Assembly: GCF_006345805.1 (NCBI RefSeq)
Contig: NC_043002.1
Location: 100,750,001 to 100,814,000, forward strand
DNA: 64,000 nt
Origin: Octopus sinensis
Lineage: Eukaryota
Reading direction: 5' to 3'
Below are positions 40,812 through 53,079 of the stretch, one piece after another (positions within the stretch are counted from its first letter, which is position 1; the number at the start of each line of letters is the position of its first letter). A model generated the notes under the pieces. That model ran no database searches, was not told the DNA's origin, and saw only the letters and a program-made list of their open reading frames with translations. Made by a program: the position numbers and the translations under genes.

Positions 40812-41552
40812 TACCAGATACTGCCGTTGTCGACAGGGGTCAAAACAGCTGCCAAACGTGTACTATGAATTTTGAAGTTTACTCATTTCGATTGTGTTGA
40901 ACATAAATAAGAAATGGGTATTAACTTTCGTGTAGGAGAGCGAGCTCTATCTTTCTGGCAAACATATTAGAGATGACTATGAAATTCCATGCTTTTGTTT
41001 CGGAGCAGCCTTAGTCACATGTCTGAAACAAAAGAATAAAATATATGATGGTGCACCAGTATGACCGCAGCCGACTTCGGCTTTCTGAAACGAGTAAAAG
41101 AGTAATGTATATAGACTGTAAAAATATATATATAAATCATTCTAAATTTTGGATATAAATTTTCCCCTGTATCCTTAATACCCATTTAGATCTTACTGTG
41201 ACCTCCTTTGTCTTCTATTTTAGGACCCTTTCAACTGACAATATTGAAATAGTTTATGTCACCATCACCCTCCCTCTTTCTGGTGATAACACCTATCTTA
41301 CTGACATCTTGTGAGACTTGTTCCTTAATGTGGCCATACCGAATTTATAGCCACAGTATATTAAGGGTAGGGAAGAATATCTGGCATTAATTAATTCATG
41401 ATCAGCAGCAAGAACTTAACTCTTAATTTCCCGTTGTTTTAATTCTTAGTGGACGTGGAAAATTAGTTGTATTAGAGCTTTTGATGGTGATAAGGAGATA
41501 AATAAATGTAGCTATGTTATCATCTCATGACCCCCATTATGATTCTCTTCTC

Positions 41553-41965
41553 TTTTCTTTACTACCCACAAGGGGCTAAACGCAGAGAGGACAAACGAGG
41601 ACAGACAAACGGATTAAGTCGATTATATCGACCCCAGTGCGTAACTGGTACTGAATTTATCGACCCCGAAAGGATGAAAGGCAAAGTCGACGTCGGCGGA
41701 ATTGAACTCAGAACGTAGCGGCCGAAGAAATACCTATTTCTTTACTACCCACAAGGGGCTAAACACAGAAAGAACAAACAAGGACAGACAAACGGATTAA
41801 GTCGATTATATCGACCTCAGTGCGTAACTGGTACTTAATTTATCGACCCCGAAAGGATGAAAGGCAAAGTCGACCTCGGCGGAATTTGAACCTAGAACGT
41901 AACGGCAGACGAAATACGGCTACGCATTTCGCCGGCGTGCTAACGTTTCTGCCATCTCGCTGCCT
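41553..41965 (-). mobile_element. SINE family B tandem (183-bp period)
   Basis: Full unit plus 5'-truncated unit, with junction aaatacc|tatttcttt at 41734/41735. Confidence 0.9.
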
Positions 41966-42765
41966 TGAAGAAGGCGTTCGCCACTCCAAATTATAGTTGG
42001 GATATTTTCTTCCTAAGTTCAATCTGCTACGATAATAGGAAAAAGCATGTAGTTATTTTACTCTCTAGTTCTGATGAAAAATTGGCTAAGAAAAACTATA
42101 ATGGAATATCCTGTATATTGAAAATATAGCAGCAGTCATGCTCTACTTGAGAAATAGTAAACAGTGTGACATGGGCTTCTCTGAAAAACAAAAAGACAAG
42201 CTCATTATAAATTTTTTTAAAAAGGTATTTTAAATATATTAATGTTCAACTCGAAATCCTCAGATTTGTATTTTCACTTCAAAGTTGGAGCTAAATTTAA
42301 AACAGAAGAGGAAATGTTGCAAAAAGGTCAACGCAACAATGATATTGAGAAAATGTAATATATGAAGTAATTTTAATAGCTTCACATATATACTCACAGA
42401 GGTGAACATTTTCCGAGAAATTTCTTTTCGGCTCTAACGTCTGTAATTCCTTTATAGTCGCAGACGTAAGACCAGCAAGACCCGCCGGCCCTGACGACAC
42501 TCCATTTTGTACTTTTAGCAACACATCCACCATCATCCCACTTACAATCTGTTGTTGATAAGAAAATATATTATTATTCTATTAAAACTATTTTTATGAC
42601 ATAATTATGCCTACACTTGTCTAAGACTTTGACAAAATATCAGCAATTTCAGGGGAACTATGAAATCGATTACCTTCTAGTTTATAAAAAAAGTTCCTTC
42701 GAAAATACCCACTGTACAAAAGTGCTGGATAGATATTATTATAATATACGATTTTTTTTTTTTAG

Positions 42766-42900
42766 GGTGTAGTGGATGTTACTACAAGGAAAAATGCCAT
42801 GAGGAGGGAAGAAGATGGTTGGAAAAGTATTCCTATAAATGTGCCAGGAACCAATGCATGCGTATTGATGGTAAATTGCAAGTAGCTGAACGAGAAGTGT
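42766..42900 (+). CDS. Internal coding exon (135 nt, phase 1-1) encoding a Cys-rich module: xG-CSGCYYKEKCHEEGRRWLEKYSYKCARNQCMRIDGKLQVAEREV
   Basis: Strong acceptor (T)12 followed by ag at 42764-42765, donor T|gtaagt at 42901, open frame, length divisible by 3, and five Cys with a C-Y...G..W...C....C pattern reminiscent of VWC-like modules. No TE motif. Confidence 0.75.
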
Positions 42901-43201
42901 GTAAGTTGACAAAGAAAACTTTCGTTTCCTCTATTCACTACGTGTTTTTATGTATCAAAATCCCAATGAAAGTTTATATTTGCTTTGCTGTGTTTTGAAT
43001 GCGATAGGCTTTGTTCAGTAACTCTTAATTATTGAGCAGCGTTAACTGTGAGACTTATACACAGATAATATGAAGACATCTTTAACACATCTTGAATGGT
43101 TCGTAACAATTGTTTCTGTACCAAATCTGATTGTGATTCCAGTTTACGCAATAATCGAAATTAAGATTAACGCAGTGGTTCCGCTTTCAGAAGTTAATGT
43201 A

Positions 43202-43550
43202 TCACTTGCTGGTCTGGCATCTACAGTCTAGTTTCAGGGTATTTGTCACTTATTAATGCAGAGCGGCTGTACCAGGCATGTGTCGCTACTGCGCCTGCCA
43301 TGTTTCCTGACTGCTATGTTAGCTTGGCGATAACTATTAATAACAAGTACTGCTGCCGTAGTCTCCCTTAGAGAGACTTAGAAATATTAATATTTCTATT
43401 TTTGAAAACCGGTGGATGTATTCCACTGAATTTAGGTAAATAATCCTTCAAAGAGACGGTCAGTAGCAACATCTGGGTGGTTCGGCTGCTCTGCATTGAT
43501 AAGGGACAAATACCCTGAAATTAGTCTGTAGGTGCCAGACCAGTAAGTGG
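43202..43550. repeat. About 90-bp inverted repeat pair with 170-bp spacer (MITE-like fold-back)
   Basis: cacttgctggtctggcatctacag...gctactg (43202-43291) versus cagtagc...ctgtaggtgccagaccagtaagtg (43461-43550). Confidence 0.85.
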
Positions 43551-43803
43551 AAGCGGCTGACTTCCCCTATTCGAAGTTTATAATGGACACAGGTTTGTGT
43601 GTTACATAGCTAGCTAGAGGCAACGGCCTCTTGGAGTTATTCAACGGCAGCATTCGTCCTATTTTTCTGGACTGCCATATTAGCTTGGCATTAACAATAT
43701 ATACACACATACATACATACATACATACATACAAACACATACGTACATACATACATACATACATACACACACACATACGCACATACATACATACATGCAT
43801 ACA

Positions 43804-43839
<36 letters not shown>

Positions 43840-44331
43840 TATATATTATATATATATATATATATATGGTGTGTGTGTGTGTGTATATATGTATGTATAT
43901 GTATATATATGTATGTATACGTTACAACTAAACGTATAACGATACTATTATACAAACTATGGTTCCATACACACAATTTATAAATGAAAGCTAGGCACAC
44001 GTATTGATGCACACACTCTTTCGAATACGAATGCCTACATACGACAACACCTCGACCCAAATAAGCACAAAAAATATACCCAAGTTACTTCCATAAATTT
44101 GATGCACAACACCTCTATTCTACGCTGTTACATTAAACTTCAATCAATATAATATTCAGTTTTGTCATCATGTTAGCAGCCCTCACAAAATCAACTAGAA
44201 TTTAGAAAAGAACAACAGTCAGTAACATTACCTAGCGTGGCTTAATCCGTAGTATTTTGTTCATGCGACATTGAGGACACATTAAGGTGTTCAGTAGGTT
44301 CACTAAAAGATAAGTTTTATAAGGTGTGAAG

Positions 44332-44430
44332 GCGCGTGGCCTAGAGGTTACGGCAATGGGCTCTCGGTCGTGAGTTCGATTATTGTCAGCGCTTTGTGTT
44401 CTTGAGCAAGACACTTTAATGCACGTTGCC
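44332..44430 (+). mobile_element. tRNA/CORE-like SINE head (second copy at about 44915-45050)
   Basis: ggcgcgtggcctagaggtta...gagttcgatt...cttgagcaagacacttta. It is flanked by the direct repeat cagtaggttcactaaaagataa. Confidence 0.7.
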
Positions 44431-44467
44431 GCAGTAGGTTCACTAAAAGATAACTTTTATAACTTTT

Positions 44468-44890
44468 CTACTTTAGGCAGAAGGCCTGAAATTTGTGGGG
44501 AGGGGCAAGTGGATTAGATCGACACCAGTACGCCAATGATACTTAATTCATCGACCCCGAAAGGATGAAAGGCAAAGTGGTCCTCAGCGTAAATTGAACT
44601 CAGAACATGGAGACGGACGAAATACCGATAAGCATTGCGCCCGGCGTGCTTACGATTCTTATTTCTTTACTACCCACAAGGAGCTAAACACAGAGAGGAC
44701 AAACAAGGACAGACAAACGGATTAAGTTGATTATATCGACCCCAGTGCGTAACTGGTACTTAATTTATCGACCCCGAAAGCATGAAAGACAAAGTCGACC
44801 TCGACGGAATTGGAACTCAGAACGTACCAGCAGACGAAATACGGCTACGCATTTCGCCCGGCGTGCTAACGTTTCTGCCAGCTCGCCGCT
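44468..44890 (-). mobile_element. SINE family B tandem (two units)
   Basis: Two central domains with junction gattct|tatttcttt at about 44660. Confidence 0.85.
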
Positions 44891-45321
44891 TTGATAACTT
44901 TTATAACGTTTGAAGGAACGTGGCTTAATGGTTAGGGCATTCGGCTCATGGTCGTGAGTTCGATTCTTGGCAGTGTGTTGTGTTCTTGAGCAAGACACTT
45001 TAATTCACATTGTCCCAGTCCATTCAACTAGCAGAAATGAGTCTTACCTGTAATTATCATATTATGAAACACCCTCAGAACTAAGTTAAGGGCACAAAAC
45101 TGAAACCCTCGATGTTGTGACCGGCGTAGTGTCAGTTTTACCTATATAACCGAATATAATGCTTCCAAATACCTTTCATGTTACTGGTGTATATAGAACA
45201 GAAATGTGTTCTACCTGTCCTTTAAAACCAGCAACAAACGATACAAACAAATACTTTAATCTATTCCGATTTTAGGAATATGAACTCAATATCCAAAATG
45301 CGTAATAAGTTACGTTAAATG

Positions 45322-45902
45322 AATATATATACCAGAATATCACTAACTGAAACGATGAGAGGGCAAAATAGTTAGCACGCCGGGCATTTTCGCTTACCGG
45401 AAATTTTAATGGCATTCTGACTTGAATTCATACTTCTCCAAGGTTGGCTTTGTATTCGATCCCTTCCAGATCGATAAAATAATTACCATTTAAGCATTAG
45501 AGTCATTGTAATCGACTTACCCGTTCCTCTGAAATTGCTGACATTTTGCCGAAGTTTTGGGCCAGTATAGGCATAATTATGTCACCGAAATAGTTTAAAT
45601 AGAATAATCAATACAGTGATCGTTTTCTTATCAACAGATTGTCGGTTCTTTAATGCCCTATGTTCTAAGGGAAACACAGATTATATAACCATCAAAAATG
45701 GCAACTGCTGGAATCACACCTGCGTATATCATTCAAAATATCGCATTCAAGCCGACGTGTCATATGCCGGAAAATGTTCACGTCTGTGAGTATATATTTT
45801 AAGCTATTTGATTTAACCCATGTAGTATATTTTCTCCATATTACAGTTGCGTTGTCCTTGTAATTCTTCCTCTTCAGTTCTAAATTTTACTCCAGTTAGC
45901 TC
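45322..45902 (+). repeat. About 580-bp segment duplicated at 56085-56668
   Basis: Co-linear match starting atataccagaatatcactaa..aaacgatgagagggcaaaatagttagcacgcc and ending tactccagttagctc. Includes a diverged SINE B. Confidence 0.85.
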
Positions 45903-46565
45903 GAATTTAGATGTGGAAATACAAATCTTAACATTTCCAGTAGAATGATAAAACTGTTAAAATCGCTATTTTATATTTTTTGAAATTTAAAACGTGTCTG
46001 TTTCTCTTTCAGGGAAACCCATGTCAAGCTGCTTTCTATTTGTTTAGTTGAGCATGATTACGGCCACTTGAATGGTTTACATGAACAAATAGATACATGT
46101 ATTTATCTATTTTTAAATGCGGTTCTCATTCCATCGGTGTCTTTGTGGGACACCGAATACACGGACAAAATATAAAACCAACAAACATATAAGCACATTA
46201 TATATATATGTGAGTGTGTGTGTATATATATGCATACATATATATACATATGCACACACATACATATATATATATGACGGATTTTGACAAAGTTTCTTTC
46301 TACAGAATTTATCTAAATTCATTATGATCGAATCAGGTCTATAGGAAACTAAACTTGCGCACGGAAACGTAAAAGTGGGAGTGAACGTGTTTGCACGTGG
46401 TTTGAAACCGATTATGGAGGTTCAAATAGTTCTAAGGGTTTTGTCATAACATTAAGAACTGAAATTATTATACGAAACATGCATAGCATGCATATATATA
46501 TGCATGTGCATATAAATATATATAAATATATATATGCGTATATATATACATATATATATATATAT

Positions 46566-46597
<32 letters not shown>

Positions 46598-46629
46598 ATA
46601 TATATAATATATATATATATACATCTAGT

Positions 46630-47408
46630 AAACAAGGGCTAAATAAAATTATTTCTATGCCAATATGCTGATAACAGACTTTTAAATCGTCAATTTCCAC
46701 GTATTATTTATTCGCTACAGAAAACACGTAGAGCTGAAATCGAGGAATGTTAGCCAACAGGATCTTTTAAGAACGTTCGTTAATTCTGTATTGAATCAAA
46801 TTCGGAATTATTCTCATAATAGATTTTTTCCTCCTCAGTAGAAAATACGAAAAGAAATAAATGAAATACTTATATGTGCCCATGGAAAAAAAGCCGAAAA
46901 AAAATCATGAATACATATAAGTACTACAGATATATCTAAATATAAAATTCTTTGGTCAGCCTCAGCACCCGTGTGAACTATTCTCCACTACAGCTTATAG
47001 TGGTTACCAGTCCCTATAGCGAAAGGTAATAAGTCTACTACTTAATATAGGATGATGTTTTTTTATAGAAAAAAATTCCATAAAAAAATGTGGCAACATA
47101 TTAAAATGCCCTTAAGGTTAAAATTATAAACAACTTATAAACAAGTGCTAAAGAAAATAATTTCTATGCCAATATGCTGATAACAGACTTTTAAATCGTC
47201 AATTTCCACATATTATTTATTCGTTACAGAAAATACGTACAGCTGAAATTGAGGAAAGCTAGCCAACAATCGAGGAAACCTAGGATTTTATAGTAGATAT
47301 AGCTGGGGTACTTTATCCCTTGTTTATAAGTTGTTTATAATTTTAACCTTAAAGGTATTTGAATATGCTGCCACATTTTTTTATGGAATTTTTTTTCTGT
47401 AAAAAAAC
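46630..47408. repeat. 130-bp direct repeat (46630-46759 / 47139-47268) plus about 88-bp inverted repeat (47057-47145 / 47319-47408)
   Basis: ttctatgccaatatgctgataacagac... occurs twice. aaattccataaaaaaatgtggca...ataaacaag is inverted as cttgtttat...tgccacatttttttatggaattt. Confidence 0.85.
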
Positions 47409-47441
47409 TTCATCCTATATTAGTAGTAGTAGCATATATAT

Positions 47442-47527
<86 letters not shown>

Positions 47528-48078
47528 TGTGTGTGTGTGTGGGTGTTTGCTTGTATATGTGTGTGTACGTATGCGTAAATGTCGAACAATGAAATGATTG
47601 CTCAACACCACATTGGTGAATAATAATCTCTATATTTGTGAATTAAGGCTACCATTGATTTCATGCTAAGAAAAGTAGGGAAATATCGTAGTGTCTTAAC
47701 AATTTCCCAAGGCGATCACATGGAGAAAGGTGTTCACCTCCATTGCAGAAAACAGTCTCGAATCGTTCATTCTTGTAAATTCTAGTCAGTAAAACAATGG
47801 ATCAAGGGACGTTACTCTTGAGTGCCATTTTTTTATGTTTGTCTCCCTTGGATTTGTCTTTAGAAGTAAATTTTTTTATGATTAATTTTTTGAATTATTT
47901 TTTATTATTTTGTTTTTGTTCTGTCCTTGGATTCTTGTTCTTGTATAATGAGGGAGTTCGTTATTAGGGCGTACTCCTTCTTCGTGTGAAGATAGTGTGC
48001 TATGTGTCTTCACCTTTAGGAAAGGGGCTATCCTGGGAGAGCTACCCAGGGGATCTACTTTGGAATATTCGAGTCATA

Positions 48079-48555
48079 TAACGTCACGTTAAATGACTTG
48101 ATGTTAAAGGACGTTAAATGAAGTTATATGACGTGACGTTAAATGACGTTACATGACGTGACGTTAAACGGAATGTCAAGTCACGTCATGGAATGGAATG
48201 GAATGTCATGTGTGGAATGTCTGGAATGCCAAAAATGTCTGACATTCCAGACATTCGAGATATTCCTGACATTCTTGACATTCCATACATTGCTGACATT
48301 CCAGACATTCCCAACATTCCAGAAATTCCTGACATTCTTGACATTCCAGACATTCCAGGCATTCCTGACATTCCAGATATTCCAGACAAGACATTCCAGA
48401 CATCCTTGACATTCACACATTCCTGACATTCCAGATATTCCTGACATTCCCGACATCCCAGGCGTTCCAGACATTCCTGATATTCCCGACTTTCCTGTCA
48501 TTCCAAACATTCCTTACGTTCCAGACATTCCAGACATTCCAGACATTCCAGACAT
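48079..48555. repeat. Minisatellite: TGACGTTAAA-like units then 9-bp GACATTCCA units with a fold-back at 48240
   Basis: TGGAATGTC units lie before 48240 and GACATTCC(A/T) units after it (atgtc-t-gacat centre). Confidence 0.9.
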
Positions 48556-48874
48556 GAATATGCATGAGGATTATGAGGAGGGCTGTTATGTTAGAATGGC
48601 ACTAAAGGTGGGTACCAAAAGATATATAGGGTGTTCTAAAGTGAGTAGTAGATCACAAAAGGGAAGGAAGAATACTAAGATGTCATGGTCAAATTTCTAT
48701 AAATAGATATATTGAGCTGGCTAGTGTGGGATGAGTTATCAGAGGGAAAGAAAGAAGTGTATATTGATATATCCACGCATGCACACACATACATATGTGT
48801 GTGTATATTCACTATTATGTAGGCCTGCGTAGCTGTGCACTTGGACACGTACGCATGTTGCATACATATATATA

Positions 48875-48960
<86 letters not shown>

Positions 48961-49111
48961 GTATATATATACATGCACACGCACACACCAATACAGAAAT
49001 GCATACGCGCATACACGTGCGTACATATACACACATGCACGTGACACAAGCATACACACACATTTATACATATATACATACATACATATATACATTTATA
49101 AATATATATAT

Positions 49112-49147
<36 letters not shown>

Positions 49148-49362
49148 GCAATAATAATTCTCTAAATGAGATATCGACAGTAACTGCTCCATAACATAAG
49201 AGGCATTAGCCATCTGAATATGGCTAGGGACAGGGCAGGGTGGTGGGGGGTTACTGTTGCATTTAGCGCCAGGCGAACATCAACGTCACCAGAAAGGCTT
49301 GACACCATCACGGCGTCCTCTATCCTGCAAAGGGAGATCATTCACCGAAGAAGCGGAAGCCA

Positions 49363-49407
49363 CATACGGACCCAGGTTTCAAGGTGTTTGCCTATTATCA
49401 ACGTATG
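49363..49407 (-). ncRNA. Type I hammerhead motif, U3-A8 core variant
   Basis: Reverse complement of 49779-49823. Confidence 0.65.
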
Positions 49408-49778
49408 GTAGGCACCGCTCCTCGACAAACAACTCCCCATGCAGGATATATATATATAAAGATTTTCAAGTAAATACATTTACTGATTTCGAAAATCTGT
49501 TCGACAGCAATAATAATTCTCTAAATGAGATATCGACAGTAACTGCTCCATAACATAAGAGGCATTAGCCATCTGATATGGCTAGGGACAGGGCAGGGTG
49601 GTGGGGGTGTTACTGTTGCATTTAGCCCCAGGCGAACATCAACGTCACCAGAAAGGCTTGACACCATCACGGCGTCCTCTATCCTGCAAAGGGAGATCAT
49701 TCACCGAAGAAGCGGAAGCCACATACGGACCAGGTTTCATCCTGCATGGGGAGTTGTTTGTCGAGGAGCGGTGCCTAC

Positions 49779-49823
49779 CATACGTTGATAATAGGCAAAC
49801 ACCTTGAAACCTGGGTCCGTATG
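49779..49823 (+). ncRNA. Type I hammerhead motif, U3-A8 core variant
   Basis: CATACG-TTGATAA-T-AGG(caaaca)CCT-T-GAAA-CC(tg)GG-TC/CGTATG. Helix I is 6 bp and the cleavage triplet is GUC. Confidence 0.65.
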
Positions 49824-49849
49824 TGGCTTCCGCTTCTTATATATATATA

Positions 49850-51600
49850 TATATATACACATATATCCGCATGCGTGCCCATTTATATAGTATTAAACAA
49901 TTAAAAGAAGATTGGAGAGTTAAGAAATTAAAAACGGAGACAATAGAAAGCCAATAGGGTTGTTAAGGATTACCTGAGTGGTGTTCGGATTAAGTGTTGT
50001 TTAAGCAGCATTTAGATTTGGGAAAAATTTGAAAGTATGAAAAAATCGGGTTTGCATGTACCTAGTGCCTCATTGCGTATATTTACTAGTATTGAAGCGT
50101 TGTGTTTTATTATGTGTAATGTCTCTTTTAGGCATAACTTACAGGCTAAGCGTTGACCTTTTGTATGGAAGCCTTGAGTCTTATGAACCATGACAAGATG
50201 TAGGGAATATTTCTATTTTTGAGGTGATGCATGTGACTGGCGTGTGTTGTGGATTTACTGTGTTTATCGTACCTAAAAGAATTGACATGTACGGGGTATT
50301 TCTGTTAAAAATTAATAGTTGATCCTACATATATGGTTGTAGTATTGTGTAACGTTTTTAGGAGGATGCATTTATAAATTACATTAGACATTTTGCAATG
50401 GTTTTGTAGAGGGCAGATGTTTCCAGAACGGCAGCTATGTATACACTGGGCGCACGTGTATCCAGATATGTTACAATGTGAGTTTTGATAATAGAGAGAA
50501 TGTTTTCGTTTATTAGAGGCTGTTATGATAAATTCAAATTTGGGTGGGGAAGGGTAGGATAACTTTAATGTAAATCTGTTAAAGATAGAGTGATATATAT
50601 GTTGACACAGGAAAGTTGGTCTCTAGTATGTTAAAAAATTATTTAGCTAAGTTCTTAACTTTTCGTGTGAAGGTAGGTGTATACCATAGAGCGTTGGCCG
50701 CTTTTATGTTGGTTGTTTAGGGGAAGTATTATCTATATTTTTAGAAATTAGAGGTAGTAATATGGCACGTTATTGTTAGCCGTTATAGCTTTTGATCTAG
50801 AGTTATATGTCTTGGAGTTTTAGTATAATGTATGTGTGATTCTGCTGGTTGGAATGTCGTTGTGTTATGAATTGAGATATATGTTGCTTGAACCTAGTAT
50901 TAGGGGTGTATTTTATTTGTCGGCAGAAGCCGCTGGCAGTAAGTTCTTGGATGTAATGTGGGTCTGGTTACTGAATATTTCCTCAGTGGATAATTTGTCA
51001 GATATACGAATCGAGATATCCTTAACTATATTATCAAAGGTGGATTTGTGCTGATTGGAATTAATGTTTAAGTAATTAAGGTTAGGTTTGTGATATGGAG
51101 AGTATTGCGACATTCCTAAGTTTAGAGTTACGACTAAAAATTAGTGGATTTGTGGAAATTTTCAAAAGGATTAGCAAAGTGGATGCGAGAGAAAAACTTG
51201 TGTAGATCTTTCCTAACTCGTTATAAAGAGGATTTATTTACGCTCTTCGTGACGAGCTAGACATCATCTCTAAAGAGGCTTTCCTTGGTGTTAGGGAAAT
51301 GTAGTTGAAGCTAGTGGAGTATGTATAGTCCAACGAAGTCAGTGACTTGGACGGAGTCGGATGATCCTATTGTAATGTCAAACAATTTACTATGGTTAAT
51401 GTTAGTTATAGTGGATCAGCAATTTTTGTCCTAAAAGACTAAGTGCTTTACGTGCATTAAGGATTATGTTAAATTCTAGTGGGGTTACGTTCCATTCTTT
51501 TCCCAAATGACTCCTTATATTGAACTCTAATATTTCCCTCTATTTAAACATCTCACATTGTCTCTGGTGAAGGGAGATTCCTACTACCCAGAAACAGTTG
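49850..51600 (-). mobile_element. Penelope-like element, RT + C-terminal GIY-YIG (degenerate)
   Basis: LFDITIGSSDSVQVTDFVGLYIL and LFRDD (RT), YHKPN..YLNINSNQ (thumb), WYTPTF linker, and CRSGNICPLQNHC..NVIYKC...IYVGST (GIY-YIG). Confidence 0.88.
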
Positions 51601-51688
51601 CAAGACTATATTTCTCTTTGTAAATGTGCTGAAAATTTCGGACAGCTTTGGCTTTGTTGTCTCATTTATTTAACATGTGTGCGTGTAT

Positions 51689-51764
<76 letters not shown>

Positions 51765-52419
51765 GTATGTGTGTGCGTGTGTATTGCTTTTGTATCTGCT
51801 TTGCTAGATTCTTAATCGGAATTCTTGTGTTGAAAGAAAGTTTGTTGTGTCTAACGCATAAAATTAACAGACACAATATATTAACAATGTACAATTAACA
51901 TCTACAATATAATTAACACACACACTCGTCTAGCACATTGCAGTTGTTTTCTTTTGTTTGTGAATGCTCTTTGGTTGCTTCTTGCAAACTTCTCACTGAT
52001 TTAGTCCGTTATACAGGCGGCATTTTTTTGTTTCTTTGAGGTTTTGTTGCATACGTGTATGCATAAGAACGTGTGCGTGTGTTTGTGCATGTATATAATG
52101 TATATATGCATGTATGCATGTATGTATGCGTGTATGTACGTATGTATGGTTATATTCTGTATATTTATGTATTTCTGTGTGTGCGTGCTTGTGTGTTTGT
52201 GTTTGTGTTTGTGCTAGTTTAGCTTTACTATATATATACATATATATATATATATGTTGCGTATGAATCCCTTGATGAATAGCCACTAGATTGACTAGCC
52301 CACCCAAATCGGACTCAGATTTTTTTACGTCTGTTTATTGGCTACTTTCTCATTTTTATACATTTGTAGCTTTACCTTTGTCCCCAGGACTCCTAAAAAT
52401 ATTCATTATGAAAATGCTA

Positions 52420-52580
52420 AGCGTCATGCCATAACGCTGGAAGGCTAAATGGCTATGATAAAACGGCATGAGAAAGGTGAATAAATGGTACCAATTCCAT
52501 GACCTTTTGGGATGAGTCGGACAACTGTATTGAATATTGTACTTAATAAGGATAAGATTTTAGCATACATGGATTTTCCT
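52420..52580 (+). mobile_element. pogo/Tigger N-terminal HTH fragment
   Basis: KRHAITLE..MIKRHEKGE...GMSRTTVLNIVLNKDKIL. Confidence 0.65.
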
Positions 52581-52717
52581 TAACCAAGTTTTATTGAAAA
52601 TGTATTCATAAATAAAGTACAGAACTGGGAATGGTTATTATCGGTTTAGCCTAGAGACAAGTTAATTCGACTCCAGTCGTGTCTCTTGGAACCAATTAAC
52701 GACGTAAATTGTTGTAT

Positions 52718-52772
<55 letters not shown>

Positions 52773-52918
52773 TTATATACTCTGAGTATCAGCTTTTGTT
52801 ATATTTCTGCTGCTTTTAGAGCATATTACTCTACCTTTGGTATTTGAGTGCTCTTCTTTCTACTTTGTGTACTTTCACATTTGTGTGCTTACTCCGGTAT
52901 ATATATATATATATATTA

Positions 52919-52970
<52 letters not shown>

Positions 52971-52995
52971 TGTATGTATATATACATATCTCTAT

Positions 52996-53055
<60 letters not shown>

Positions 53056-53079
53056 AGTGTGTATGTACGTATGTATATC

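Larger units (their letters stand above)
49147..49838. repeat. Recent 359-bp direct duplication with a 100-bp inversion
   Basis: Unit 1 spans 49147-49505 and unit 2 spans 49506-49738. Segment 49348-49447 reappears reverse-complemented at 49739-49838. (TA)n lies at 49447 and 49839. Confidence 0.92.

Noticed and set aside
46655-46705. Possible hammerhead ATATG-CTGATAA-..GAC..GTC-..-CATAT (also about 47165-47212)
   Set aside because: The GAAA and helix III half is absent (aatttcca), and C3/A8 cannot pair.
48181-48510. Collagen-like or reflectin-like protein from the (GMS)n frame
   Set aside because: Gly positions are replaced by Arg, Ala or Asp, frames break, and no splice signals or reflectin motif are present.
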